A stretch of 64,000 nt of DNA from an uncultured Anaerotignum sp. (GCA_905212195.1 CAJMDQ010000001.1:4940-68939); one strand, 5' to 3'; positions 19,559 through 29,742 are shown, numbered from the stretch's first letter. Notes: a model not told the origin generated them from the sequence alone. A program made the numbers and translations.

Positions 19559-20452
19559 ATGAATGCAATGATGGAATTATGTATCAGCACGTTGACACAG
19601 GGCTTTATATATGCCCTGTTGTCCTACGGCGTATATATCACCTATAAAATTTTGGATTTTCCAGACCTGACTGTAGACGGCAGCTTTCCTCTGGGGGCAG
19701 CTGTGACAGCTGTGATGCTGGTCAAAGGTGTGAATCCTTTTGTGACACTGCTGGCAGCTCTTTTCATTGGTGCTGTAGCAGGGTTTGTGACAGGCTTTAT
19801 CCATGTAAAACTGGGCGTAAGAGACCTGCTGGCAGGTATCATCACCATGACAGCATTGTTCTCCATCAACCTTCAGATTGCAGGTTCTAACCTGGCAATT
19901 GAACGAAGCATTGACACGATTTTCACTTCCGGCCCCATTATGGCAATCATGGGCAACAGTTCCCTGATTTATCGGAAATTTGTAGTGACTCTGGTTCTGG
20001 CAGTGGTTGTAAAATTGATTCTGGATTGGTATTTAAAAACAAAAAGCGGCCTTTTGCTTCGTGCCGTTGGGGATAATGCAACACTGGTCACAACATTGGC
20101 AAAAGACAAAGGCAATGTGAAACTCCTTGGTTTGATTATTGCCAACGCATTGGTTGCTCTTTCTGGTGCAGTTGTTTGTCAGGAACAGCGTGCATTCTCC
20201 AGTACTATGGGTACTGGTCAGATGGTATTCGGTCTGGCAGCAGTTATCATCGGTACAACACTGTTCCGCAAACTCAGCTTCTTTAAGGCAACAACAGCAG
20301 TGCTCATCGGCAGTGTGTTCTATAAGGCTTGTATTCAGGTTGCCATCAGTCTGGGTCTGCCCGCAAACCTGCTGAAACTGGCAACAGCAGTATTGTTCCT
20401 GGTGGTTCTGGTACTGGGCAACAAACAGAAAGGCGGCGAAGAACGTGCTTGA
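19559..20452 (+). CDS. ABC transporter permease (TrpY-like)
   Basis: ILDFPDLTVDGSFPLG, LLAGI, LRAVGDN; multiple TM segments. Confidence 0.9.
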   Translation: MNAMMELCISTLTQGFIYALLSYGVYITYKILDFPDLTVDGSFPLGAAVTAVMLVKGVNPFVTLLAALFIGAVAGFVTGFIHVKLGVRDLLAGIITMTALFSINLQIAGSNLAIERSIDTIFTSGPIMAIMGNSSLIYRKFVVTLVLAVVVKLILDWYLKTKSGLLLRAVGDNATLVTTLAKDKGNVKLLGLIIANALVALSGAVVCQEQRAFSSTMGTGQMVFGLAAVIIGTTLFRKLSFFKATTAVLIGSVFYKACIQVAISLGLPANLLKLATAVLFLVVLVLGNKQKGGEERA

Positions 20453-21218
20453 ACTGAAACATATCAAAAAAGTATATAATCCGGGCACAGTTACAGAAAT
20501 GTGCCTGTTTGACGATTTTAACCTGACTGTAAAAGATGGGGAATTTGTTTCCATCGTTGGCAGTAACGGTAGCGGCAAAACTTCTATGCTGAATATCATT
20601 TGTGGCACCATTCCCATCGAAGGGGGACAGGTTCTCATTGGCGGCAAGGATATTTCCAAAATGAAGGACTATCAGAGATATCGCACCATTGGTCGTGTGT
20701 ATCAGAATCCTTCCATGGGTACATGCCCCAATCTGACTATGCTGGAAAATATGTCTTTGGCAGACCATAAAGGCAAACATTTTGGTCTGAGCTTCGGCAT
20801 CAATAAAGCAAGAGAAGATTATTACAGAGAACAGCTTTCCATTCTGGGGCTGGGTCTGGAAGATAAAATGCATGTAAAACTTGGTGCATTGTCCGGTGGT
20901 CAGCGTCAGGCAGCGTCCCTGATTATGTCCACATTAACACCCATCGAATTCCTGATTCTGGACGAACATACAGCAGCGCTGGACCCGAAAACAGCGGAAA
21001 TTATCATGGAATTGACCCATAAGGTTGTGGAAGAAAAGAAATTGACAGCTATGATGGTTACCCATAACCTGCGCTATGCAGTAGAATATGGCACTCGTCT
21101 GATTATGATGGACAAAGGCGGCATTGTTATGGACAAGGCCGATGAAGAAAAGAAAAATACAGATATTGACGATATTCTGGATGTATTTACTTCCATCAGT
21201 ATTGAATGCGGTAACTAA
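20445..21218 (+). CDS. ABC transporter ATP-binding protein
   Basis: GSNGSGKT, LSGGQRQ, LDEHTAALDP; GTG start overlapping permease end. Confidence 0.93.
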   Translation: MLELKHIKKVYNPGTVTEMCLFDDFNLTVKDGEFVSIVGSNGSGKTSMLNIICGTIPIEGGQVLIGGKDISKMKDYQRYRTIGRVYQNPSMGTCPNLTMLENMSLADHKGKHFGLSFGINKAREDYYREQLSILGLGLEDKMHVKLGALSGGQRQAASLIMSTLTPIEFLILDEHTAALDPKTAEIIMELTHKVVEEKKLTAMMVTHNLRYAVEYGTRLIMMDKGGIVMDKADEEKKNTDIDDILDVFTSISIECGN

Positions 21219-21228
21219 ACAGAAAACA

Positions 21229-21260
21229 AAGAACGCTGGAATTTTGATTCCAGCGTTCTT
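21229..21260. terminator. Bidirectional terminator between convergent genes
   Basis: AAGAACGCTGGAAT-TTTG-ATTCCAGCGTTCTT. Confidence 0.8.
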
Positions 21261-21266
21261 ATTTTT

Positions 21267-21914
21267 TTATGCGTATTTCTCCATGATTTCATGGATGGTT
21301 TTCATCAATTCATCATATAAAACTTCATATCCGCGGTTGCTCAGATGTTCACCGTCATATTGGAAGCAGGCTTCATAGTCTGCTTTATTTTTTATGCTTT
21401 TATAAACGGAAAAGAGATCCATCACAGGCAGATTGTATTCTGCAGCCAGTTTTTTCACCATTTCACCGTAGTATTCCAGACGGTCATTGGTGGTGAAAGG
21501 GTAAAAATCTGTATCCACCATAGAAGGCGGGGTCATCAGTACGATGAGGGGAACGCCGTTATGGAAATCGCTTCCGGTAGATAAAGATAAAATCTGTGTG
21601 ATGATTTGCCGCAGGTTATTTTCGAATTCATAAGGTGTCCGATACTGCCCTTCATTCAGTGCACTGTCATTGGAGCCAAACCAGATAAAAACTATTTCCG
21701 GTTTGTGCTGTAAGACACTGCCTTTGAGCCGTGCCAGAGCCTCACGGGTGGTATGCCCATTGATGCCGCTGTTGCGTATTTCCCAAGTATATTGAGGATA
21801 TGCTTTCGGCAGTTCTTTGGAAAGGTAATAAGGATAAGCAATGTGTTCCAATACGCCATAACCGTAGGTCAGACTGTCACCAAAGCAGACGATTTTCATT
21901 TCTGTATTTGCCAT
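21267..21914 (-). CDS. SGNH/GDSL hydrolase
   Basis: FGDSLT, NSGING, FGSND, DGEH blocks. Confidence 0.9.
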   Translation of the reverse strand: MANTEMKIVCFGDSLTYGYGVLEHIAYPYYLSKELPKAYPQYTWEIRNSGINGHTTREALARLKGSVLQHKPEIVFIWFGSNDSALNEGQYRTPYEFENNLRQIITQILSLSTGSDFHNGVPLIVLMTPPSMVDTDFYPFTTNDRLEYYGEMVKKLAAEYNLPVMDLFSVYKSIKNKADYEACFQYDGEHLSNRGYEVLYDELMKTIHEIMEKYA

Positions 21915-21971
21915 GTTTTTCACTCCCGTCCAATCTTTTTGCCTTGATTGTAAAGGTTTGGGCAGTGTTTG

Positions 21972-22715
21972 TCAATCGTTGGAAAAAAGACTGGAGATGG
22001 CGGAAAGGAACTGTTTTTTGTATCCGCGGCTCACATAGGCATGCTGGTCGCAGTTGAAAAAGGACAGTTCCCATGGATTTTTTGTCTTATCCAAATAAGA
22101 AATATTACTCAGATTGACGATAAAGGAACGATGCGTCTGCACCATATAGGAAGACTGCATGGTTTCCCGAATTTTGTAAAGGGGCATGGTGAATACCACT
22201 TCCTTTGTGCGCAGATGAAAAATGGCTTTTTTCATGACGATTTCGATAAACAGAATATCCTCGTAAGGAAAGCTGTAGATTCCTTTTGCAGTGGAAATCT
22301 GGCATAACCGCGACGTGAAATCTTTTGTCTGCTGAAAAAGGGTGTGATAGAAATTTACCAGATGTGCCAGTTCCTGTTCTTTTTCTTTGGAAAGGGGCAG
22401 CATGAAAATTTCGATAAAATTCCACTGTGGAATGACCTGTAAAATATGAGCAATTTGGGATGAAAGCAGGATTACCGGTGTATGTATGCTGGTTGGGAAT
22501 TTTCGAAGGAACGTCATAAAACGCTTCGCATATATAAAATCCGTATCAGGCATAAGCAATACGCAATGGATTTTGATCTGCTTGCAAAAGGAAACCGCTT
22601 TTTCAAGGGAATTGCTTTCATACAGCACAAAATCCGCGCTCTGGCTGCAAATGTTCTGCACCTTTTCGGACGTAACTTTGCTAAAGTTGACCAATAATAG
22701 GTGAAACATATTCAT
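21972..22715 (-). CDS. LytTR-family regulator with degenerate receiver domain
   Basis: C-terminal DILFIE, QTHRSFIVNL, VSRGY; N-terminal receiver-like length without acidic pocket or phospho-Asp. Confidence 0.8.
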   Translation of the reverse strand: MNMFHLLLVNFSKVTSEKVQNICSQSADFVLYESNSLEKAVSFCKQIKIHCVLLMPDTDFIYAKRFMTFLRKFPTSIHTPVILLSSQIAHILQVIPQWNFIEIFMLPLSKEKEQELAHLVNFYHTLFQQTKDFTSRLCQISTAKGIYSFPYEDILFIEIVMKKAIFHLRTKEVVFTMPLYKIRETMQSSYMVQTHRSFIVNLSNISYLDKTKNPWELSFFNCDQHAYVSRGYKKQFLSAISSLFSND

Positions 22716-22828
22716 TCCTCCTATAGTTTTCTGAAATCAATTTTATCTTATCACACAATGTGAAAAAATGAAAGGCGTATCATAATTTTCATTCTGGAGA
22801 ATATATTGGAAAAAGGAGGTGGACATGT

Positions 22829-23794
22829 ATGGCAGATTTGGAAAGCCTGTGGAAATCACTGCCGTCGGCACTGGCAAAAATCATACAGGAAAATAGCAGT
22901 TGTTCTTTGGAACATCTGGAAGAAATTCGCCTGCGTTTGGGACAGCCCATACTGCTTAAGGCGGAAGGAAAGTGGTTTCCCTGTGTAACGAAAAACGACA
23001 AAAACAGACATATTTTTTCAAATTGTGACATGAAGGCGTGTATCTCTTTATTGAGTGCCTATTCTTTATATGCTTTTGCGGAAGAAATCAGGCAGGGGTT
23101 TCTGACCATAGAAGGGGGACACCGCATTGGTTTTTGCGGCAAGGCAGTCATGGAAGACGGAAAGATCAAAACACTGCATCCCATCAGTTCTTTGAATATT
23201 CGTATCGCCAGAGAAGTACGGGGGTGTGCGGATCATATTCTGCCATATTTATTTGAAGATGGACATTTTTGCCATACTATCATCCTATCTCCGCCGGGAT
23301 GCGGCAAAACCACATTGCTGCGGGAATTGATTCGGAACTTGAGCAGAGCAGAAGGCGGATATGCCGTTGGTGTGGTGGATGAAAGAGGAGAGATTGCCGG
23401 TATGTGCGGCGGCATTGCGCAAATGGATTTGGGGGAATGTACGGATGTCATCAGCGGCTGCCCCAAAGCAGAAGGTATGCTGCTTTTGCTGCGAAGCATG
23501 TCACCACAGATCATTGCCGTGGACGAGCTGGGGCGGGAAAGTGATTTTCTTGCGGCTTCGGATTTGATTCATGCTGGCGTGAAACTTCTTTGCACTGTCC
23601 ATGGTAGCTCTCTGGAAGAATTGGAGAAGCGGGTTTTTCTGGGCACCATGATGGCACATCATGTGGTGGAACGATATGTGATTTTATCTGCATCCCAAGG
23701 TGTTGGCACGGTGGAAGCGATTTTGGACGGCACAGGACGGGCCATTTATAAAAAAGGAGGGGCGTCATGGTACAAAGCATCGGGATTTGCATGA
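22829..23794 (+). CDS. spoIIIAA: Stage III sporulation ATPase AA
   Basis: EEIRLR, GFLTIEGGHRIG, SPPGCGKTT, VDERGEI, RSMSPQIIAVDE. Confidence 0.95.
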   Translation: MADLESLWKSLPSALAKIIQENSSCSLEHLEEIRLRLGQPILLKAEGKWFPCVTKNDKNRHIFSNCDMKACISLLSAYSLYAFAEEIRQGFLTIEGGHRIGFCGKAVMEDGKIKTLHPISSLNIRIAREVRGCADHILPYLFEDGHFCHTIILSPPGCGKTTLLRELIRNLSRAEGGYAVGVVDERGEIAGMCGGIAQMDLGECTDVISGCPKAEGMLLLLRSMSPQIIAVDELGRESDFLAASDLIHAGVKLLCTVHGSSLEELEKRVFLGTMMAHHVVERYVILSASQGVGTVEAILDGTGRAIYKKGGASWYKASGFA

Positions 23795-24285
23795 TTCTGG
23801 CAGTAACGACACTGACAGGGGCTTATTTTTGCCTGCGGGAAAAGTACCGTTTGCAGGATTTGCGGGAACTGGAAAGAGCCATGGTCATGATGGAAAGTCA
23901 GATTCGTTTTCTGTCTGTACCCCTGTCAGAAGTGCTGGAAAATATCAGTTATCAGACCAAAGGGCAGGTAGGGATGTTGATGCAGGAAACAGCAAAAGCC
24001 ATGGCAGAGCGCACAGGAGAAACGGCAGAACAGATTTGGGAAACAGTCTGGATGCGGCATATATCTCACACCTATTTTTCGGGAGAAGATTATCAGAGCA
24101 TCCTGCGCTTTGGAAAAACATTGGGATATCTGGATCAGGAGCAGCAAAAAAACAGCACAGAGTTATTTTTGACGGAATTGCGGCAGAAATGCGGACAGAT
24201 TGAGCGCAGACTGGAGAAAAACGAACGGCTTTACTATAGTATGGGATTTTTAGGCGGTTTGATGCTGGTCATTGTGCTGCTGTAA
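23767..24285 (+). CDS. spoIIIAB: Stage III sporulation protein AB
   Basis: FGKTLGYLD..QQ, terminal GFLGGLMLVIVLL; synteny. Confidence 0.9.
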   Translation: MVQSIGICMILAVTTLTGAYFCLREKYRLQDLRELERAMVMMESQIRFLSVPLSEVLENISYQTKGQVGMLMQETAKAMAERTGETAEQIWETVWMRHISHTYFSGEDYQSILRFGKTLGYLDQEQQKNSTELFLTELRQKCGQIERRLEKNERLYYSMGFLGGLMLVIVLL

Positions 24286-24304
24286 AGAATGGAGGGGAAG
24301 AAAA

Positions 24305-24499
24305 ATGGATATCAGTATTATATTTCGCATTGCCGCAGTGGGGGTGCTGGTGGCGGTGCTCAATCAGGTTTTGCTGCGTGCAGGTCGAGAAGAACAGGCC
24401 ATGCTCACAACGCTGGCAGGATTGGTGGTCGTGCTTTTTTGGGTGATACAGTATGTCAGTACATTGTTTGAAACCATGGAAACCATGTTTCGTTTTTAG
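24305..24499 (+). CDS. spoIIIAC: Stage III sporulation protein AC
   Basis: MDISIIFRIAAVG..AGREEQA. Confidence 0.93.
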   Translation: MDISIIFRIAAVGVLVAVLNQVLLRAGREEQAMLTTLAGLVVVLFWVIQYVSTLFETMETMFRF

Positions 24500-24511
24500 G
24501 AGGGGAAGTAA

Positions 24512-24889
24512 ATGGCAGCATTGGCGGCTTTTGGATTGACAGGAACTTTTTTGGTGTTGGTACTGAAAAAAGAAAATCCTCAGTTTGCTCTCTTAACGGC
24601 TCTGGCGACTGGAGTTCTTCTCTTTTTGCAGATTTGCAGTCCTTTGGGGGAACTGCTGGATTTGCTGCAGGACATGGCGGAGCAGGCAGGCGTTGCGGAA
24701 GGATATTTCGGTATTGTGCTGAAAGTTATCGGCATTGCCTATCTTTCGCAATTTGCTTCCCAGCTTTGCGCAGATGCGGGCGAAGGGGCTGTGGCGGCCA
24801 AAATCGAATTGGCTGGCAAAGTGCTCATCATGGCGGTTTCCATTCCTGTGCTGACGGAAGTCCTTCATGTGGTATTGACGCTGGTGTGA
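24512..24889 (+). CDS. spoIIIAD: Stage III sporulation protein AD
   Basis: LKVIGIAY, CADAGE, KIELAGK. Confidence 0.93.
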   Translation: MAALAAFGLTGTFLVLVLKKENPQFALLTALATGVLLFLQICSPLGELLDLLQDMAEQAGVAEGYFGIVLKVIGIAYLSQFASQLCADAGEGAVAAKIELAGKVLIMAVSIPVLTEVLHVVLTLV

Positions 24890-24903
24890 AAAGGGGGAGA
24901 TTC

Positions 24904-26019
24904 ATGAAAAAAATCGGCATGATGGTGTTATTTAGCCTTTTCCTCCTTGCTATGCCAGTGCCTGTATGGGGGGCTTCCACAGAACTTGCGTCTTATCTGG
25001 AAGATTTGGATATGGAACAGATTGACGCAGCAGCGGAGGACGCAGTGGAGGATGTGACATTTTCTGAACTGGTGGAAAATGTACTCACAGGTGATTTCTC
25101 TTTTTCCATGGAAGAACTTTGGGCAAAGCTGGGAGAGGTTGCTTTTGGGGAATTGAGGACGCAGACCGGACTGGTCATGCAGCTTATTGCGGTATCCATA
25201 CTGGCTGCGGTGCTGCGGCAGGTGAGCGGCTCTTTTTGCGGCAGAGAAGTAGGAGAAATGGGGTTTTACGTTTGCTACATGGTGTTGATTGTTGTCATTA
25301 TCACCACCTTTTACGACATCACAGCTATGGTGGTGGAGCGAGTGGAACAGACAGCGGATATTTTCGCGGCGATGCTGCCTGTTTTTCTGGCACTGGCGGC
25401 GTCTTCTGGGAATTTGACCCAGACGGCGCTTATGGGCCCTACCATGATGGGAGGTTGTACACTCATTGTATTTTTGCTGAAAAGTGTCATTGTTCCAGTG
25501 CTGCTGGCAGCGGTGGCTCTGGAACTGGTGGACCGTCTTTCGGAACAGCCTCTTACAGCAAGATTTGCGGCATTGCTGCGGCAAGGCGTATCTTGGGGTC
25601 TGAAAGGATTGGCAGGGGGATTTATGCTGCTGCTGTCTTTGCAGAAGATTGGCGGTGGCGCCGTGAACGGTTTGGCTGTGCGGACAGCGAAGATTGCCGT
25701 TAATGCGGTGCCAGTGGTGGGAGATGTCATGGGGGGCGCTGTGGATACGGCAGCGGCAGTGGCGGGTACCATCCGCAGTGGAACATTGGCGGCAGCAGTG
25801 ATTTTTTTACTGCTGCTTTGTATTCCGCTGGTGGTGAAGCTGGTGGCAATGACATTGATTTTCAAGCTGACAGCGGCAGCAGTGGAATCTGTTTGCGAAG
25901 CCCGTTTGGTGGAGTGTATTGGTATTGCAGGGGATTATACGGCTCTTTTGCTGGGCGTTGTGTTTCTGGTGGAAGTGATGTTCCTGTTTTCCTCTGTGTT
26001 GCTGCTGGGCGTGTTGTAG
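24904..26019 (+). CDS. spoIIIAE: Stage III sporulation protein AE
   Basis: Multi-TM, VPVVG motif; GGGGAG RBS before ATG 24904; synteny. Confidence 0.9.
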   Translation: MKKIGMMVLFSLFLLAMPVPVWGASTELASYLEDLDMEQIDAAAEDAVEDVTFSELVENVLTGDFSFSMEELWAKLGEVAFGELRTQTGLVMQLIAVSILAAVLRQVSGSFCGREVGEMGFYVCYMVLIVVIITTFYDITAMVVERVEQTADIFAAMLPVFLALAASSGNLTQTALMGPTMMGGCTLIVFLLKSVIVPVLLAAVALELVDRLSEQPLTARFAALLRQGVSWGLKGLAGGFMLLLSLQKIGGGAVNGLAVRTAKIAVNAVPVVGDVMGGAVDTAAAVAGTIRSGTLAAAVIFLLLLCIPLVVKLVAMTLIFKLTAAAVESVCEARLVECIGIAGDYTALLLGVVFLVEVMFLFSSVLLLGVL

Positions 26020-26035
26020 AAAGGAAGTGAGAGGC

Positions 26036-26488
26036 ATGATGGAGGCTTTTACCGCATATATAAAAACTATAAGCGCCTTGACCGTTTTTTCGGTGGCAGT
26101 GGGACTGTTGATGCCAAAGGGAAACTTTCGGCAGTATACCCGATGGATATTGGGACTGTTGGTGCTTTTGGCGGTGCTGAAGCCTATGCTGGGGCTGTTT
26201 CATTTGGAAGAAATGGATTTTTCCCAATTTTTTGCATTGCCGGAGCAAGAAGTGTCTTATGATGTGAAACTGGGAGAAAACTGGACACGAAAGACAATGG
26301 AAAATCAGGTTTTGTCAGAACTGCAAAGGCAGGAGCAAAATGTGGACGGCGTACATATTGCATGGAATGAAGAAAGCGGGCTGCCGGAAGAAATGGAAAT
26401 CAGCGGGAAAAATTTGCCGGATTCCCTAAAAGAAGATGTGGCAAAAGAATATGGCATGGAAACAGAAGCCGTTACGTTGGTGCCATAA
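26036..26488 (+). CDS. spoIIIAF: Stage III sporulation protein AF
   Basis: LLMP.GNFRQY...GLL.....LKP; synteny. Confidence 0.85.
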   Translation: MMEAFTAYIKTISALTVFSVAVGLLMPKGNFRQYTRWILGLLVLLAVLKPMLGLFHLEEMDFSQFFALPEQEVSYDVKLGENWTRKTMENQVLSELQRQEQNVDGVHIAWNEESGLPEEMEISGKNLPDSLKEDVAKEYGMETEAVTLVP

Positions 26489-26509
26489 AATACAAAAGGG
26501 GGAAAGAGA

Positions 26510-27049
26510 ATGAAAAACGATTTTTTGCGCCGTTTGTTCTGCCCGGAAAATCGACAGGTGCGGATAAAAATGGCGGCAGGGCTTCTCATTGGCATTGTGT
26601 TGCTGTTGTGCAGCCGTTTTGTGGAAGGGGAACCCAAAGAGAAAGCAGTTGCCGAAACTGTACAGCAAACCACGGGAGAGAGAGCAGAACGGCAGTTGGA
26701 GGCAGAACTGGAACGGGTACTTAGTCAGGTGGCAGGGGCAGGGCAGGGACAGGTGCTTTTGACTTATGCCACCACAGCGGAAAGCACGCCTGCCAGAGAG
26801 GAGAAAATTGAGGAAAGTAACGGCAACAGTGAGAATACCGTGAGCCGAGAAAGTACGGTGGTGCTCATGGAGGACGGCAGTGGCGGACAGTCACCGCTGA
26901 TTCTGACAGAAACAGCACCGCAGGTGGAAGGTGTGCTCATTGTGGCACAGGGTGCCGGTGATCCGGTGGTATGTGATGGGTTAAGTCGTGCGGCACAGGC
27001 ATTGCTGCAAGTGCCTGCACATAAAATAGCCATACTCAAAATGAAATAA
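26510..27049 (+). CDS. spoIIIAG: Stage III sporulation protein AG
   Basis: LSQVAGAG, PQVEGVLIVAQGA, VPAHKI. Confidence 0.9.
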   Translation: MKNDFLRRLFCPENRQVRIKMAAGLLIGIVLLLCSRFVEGEPKEKAVAETVQQTTGERAERQLEAELERVLSQVAGAGQGQVLLTYATTAESTPAREEKIEESNGNSENTVSRESTVVLMEDGSGGQSPLILTETAPQVEGVLIVAQGAGDPVVCDGLSRAAQALLQVPAHKIAILKMK

Positions 27050-27061
27050 GGGGGAAAAAGT

Positions 27062-27706
27062 ATGTTTACAGTAAAACGGAATCAAGTGGTAGTGACAGCA
27101 TTGGCAGTGATGATTGCGGCGGCAGGGTATCTGAATTTTCAGGAAACCAAGTCCGCAGAAGGCACCAAAACAGCCATGGAACTGACGGAAGAAGGGGATA
27201 TGGCGGCACTGATGGAGGAGGATTATGCGGCACTGCCAGATGACATGCCTACAGAAGAAGGGGCTTTAGACCCTCTGACAGCGGAAGCATCCACAACAAC
27301 AGGGGATGGAGCGGCAGTGTTTGCCAGCGCCGACACCAGCGACGATGCTTCCCGTTACTTTGCGGAAGCAAAACTTGACAGAGAACAGTCCCGGGCGAAG
27401 CAGAAAGAAATCCTGACAGAAATGCTGAACAACAGCAATGTCAGCGAAAGCCAGAAGAATGTTTGCAGTGACAGTATGCTGGAATTGCAGGAACGTATTG
27501 AAAAGGAAACGGCGGCCGAAGCCATGATTGAAGCCAAAGGATTTTCACAGGCTTATGTCCGTATGGATGACGATACGGTAGATGTGGTAGTGGATAAAGA
27601 CACTCTGACAGACGCGGAAGTGGCGCAGATTCAAGACATCGTCAAACGCAAAACAGGATACACTGCAGAACAGATTCGGATTTCCACATGGAAACAGAGC
27701 AAATAA
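27062..27706 (+). CDS. spoIIIAH: Stage III sporulation protein AH
   Basis: MIAAAGYLN, KLDREQSRAK, IEAKGF, QIQDIVKRKTG. Confidence 0.92.
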   Translation: MFTVKRNQVVVTALAVMIAAAGYLNFQETKSAEGTKTAMELTEEGDMAALMEEDYAALPDDMPTEEGALDPLTAEASTTTGDGAAVFASADTSDDASRYFAEAKLDREQSRAKQKEILTEMLNNSNVSESQKNVCSDSMLELQERIEKETAAEAMIEAKGFSQAYVRMDDDTVDVVVDKDTLTDAEVAQIQDIVKRKTGYTAEQIRISTWKQSK

Positions 27707-27739
27707 AAAACGTACATCAGGCATCTTCATAGGAAAACA

Positions 27740-27789
27740 AAGCAAGCTGAAATACTCATGATATGGAGGATTTCAGCTTGCTTATTTTT
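27740..27789 (+). terminator. Terminator after spoIIIA operon
   Basis: AAGCAAGCTGAAAT / ATTTCAGCTTGCTT 14-bp stem plus T-rich tail. Confidence 0.7.
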
Positions 27790-28141
27790 ACAAGATTTTA
27801 TTTGTTATGTTTTCTTAATGGGAATTGCTTTTTTATGACAGCTTCTCAAAGAGGGACTGTCATTTTTTAATGGTCATAACATGGCTTTTTAGTGGGAATT
27901 TGCATAAAATCATGTGTCTTTCGCATGTTTGAGAACAATATTTTTTCCATGGATATCTGCTTGCACCACAAAGAAAATGATCATGGCATGGCTAAAAAAC
28001 TGGTAAATAATGGGAAATTTAATCTTTTTTCGCAAAAAATTAAGAAAGTTTTCGAATTTTCTTAGCACAGTTTTCAAATTGTTTTGGTATATTCTTGTAT
28101 AAATATTTAGATGGAACGAAAAAAAGAAAGGAAGTTGCCTC

Positions 28142-29158
28142 ATGAAACTGATTACATTTGCCGTGCCATGTTACAACTCTCAAGACTATATGCGGCGCTG
28201 TATTGATACATTGCTGACTGGAGGAGAAAAAGTAGAAATCATCATTGTCAATGATGGCTCCAAAGATCGCACAGGAGAAATTGCCGATGAATATGCGGCG
28301 AAATATCCTACCATTGTCAAAGCAGTTCATCAGGAAAATCAGGGGCATGGACAGGGCGTAAACGTAGGTCTTGCTCATGCAACGGGAGAATTTTACAAAG
28401 TGGTGGATTCTGACGACTGGCTGGATACAGAAGCTTTAAAAGAAGTGCTGGAACGCATGGAAAAATGGCGGATCAACCAGACACCTGTTGATATGCTTGT
28501 CTGCAATTACATATATGACCATTTGTACGAAGGCAGACAGCAGCAGATTCATTACCGCAATGTCTTTGAATCTGGAACTCTGTGCAACTGGCACGAGATT
28601 GGTCGTTTTCTGCCTACACAATATTTGATTATGCATGCACTGATTTTTAAGACGGAAGTACTGCGCAAAAGCGGCGTGCAGCTGCCGAAGCATACATTCT
28701 ATGTAGATAATATTTTTGCTTATCAGCCGCTGCCCTTTGTGGAAAATATTTTTTATCTGGATGTGGATTTGTACCACTACTTTATTGGACGGGAAGACCA
28801 GTCTGTCAATGAAAAAATGCTCATGAAGCGCATTGACCAGCAGATTCTGGTGACAAAGCTGGTTTCCGCTTGTACAGATCTCCATCAGGTACGAGAGAAA
28901 AAACTGGCAACATACATGACCAGAAATATTTCTGTTATGATGGCCATTTCTTCCATTCATCTGCTGCTCATTGGCGATGCGGATGCCATGGAAAAACGGA
29001 GAGAATTATGGGAGTATATGCGTCAGATGGACAAAGGGCTGTATAAGACCCTGCGGTATAAACGCCTCAGTGGGCTCACATATCTTCCGGGCAAACTGGG
29101 GGATTTCGCGACACTGACAGGATACCGACTGGCGCGGAAACTGGTGAAATTTCAGTAA
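28142..29158 (+). CDS. GT2 family glycosyltransferase
   Basis: VPCYNS, IVNDGS, ENQGHG, VDSDDW, FYVD, YFIGREDQSV. Confidence 0.92.
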   Translation: MKLITFAVPCYNSQDYMRRCIDTLLTGGEKVEIIIVNDGSKDRTGEIADEYAAKYPTIVKAVHQENQGHGQGVNVGLAHATGEFYKVVDSDDWLDTEALKEVLERMEKWRINQTPVDMLVCNYIYDHLYEGRQQQIHYRNVFESGTLCNWHEIGRFLPTQYLIMHALIFKTEVLRKSGVQLPKHTFYVDNIFAYQPLPFVENIFYLDVDLYHYFIGREDQSVNEKMLMKRIDQQILVTKLVSACTDLHQVREKKLATYMTRNISVMMAISSIHLLLIGDADAMEKRRELWEYMRQMDKGLYKTLRYKRLSGLTYLPGKLGDFATLTGYRLARKLVKFQ

Positions 29159-29175
29159 AAAAGAAGGCGGAACAA

Positions 29176-29742
29176 ATGGAAAAACTTTATATCGCACTGG
29201 TGGATACACCGGGATTTTTTGCGAATATCATACGCCATGTTATAAAAATTTCATACTGTCATGTGGCATTGTCATTTGATGCAGATTTTCAGGAAGCTTA
29301 CAGCGTTGGAAGACGCGATCCGGCCATTCCCTTTTTTGCAGGCTTCATTCGGGAAAATACACCCAAAATACTGCGGGTATTTCCCGATGCAAGATATCGC
29401 GTGTGCGAACTCTCCTGCACGGCAGAACAGAAAGAACTGCTGCGGGAAAAAATGAACGCCTGTTACGAAAAAAGATTCCAATATCATTACTGCATCATTG
29501 GACTGCCATTTATCTGGCTGCAGAAGCCTTTTTATCAGAAGAATCATTACACCTGTTCTTCCTTTTTGGCACAGGCCATGGATGAGGTGGGACTGACACT
29601 TTTTGATAAGCATTTCTCCATGGTTACGCCAAGGGATTTCTATGAATTGGAACAGTTACAGGTGCTTTATGAAGGTTATTTGTCGGATTATGTCATAAGC
29701 CGTCATTCGTATTATGGGAAAGGAGAAGTGTATGGTACGTAA
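29176..29742 (+). CDS. Putative circularly permuted NlpC/P60 (papain-like, YiiX/LRAT-type) enzyme
   Basis: His-before-Cys order: YCHVALSFD (H29) and HYTCSSF (C127); late TPRDF motif. Confidence 0.65.
   Translation: MEKLYIALVDTPGFFANIIRHVIKISYCHVALSFDADFQEAYSVGRRDPAIPFFAGFIRENTPKILRVFPDARYRVCELSCTAEQKELLREKMNACYEKRFQYHYCIIGLPFIWLQKPFYQKNHYTCSSFLAQAMDEVGLTLFDKHFSMVTPRDFYELEQLQVLYEGYLSDYVISRHSYYGKGEVYGT

Noticed and set aside
28096..28111. ARG-box-like TTGTATAAATATTTAG before GT2
   Set aside because: Single imperfect copy in AT-rich DNA with no functional link to arginine
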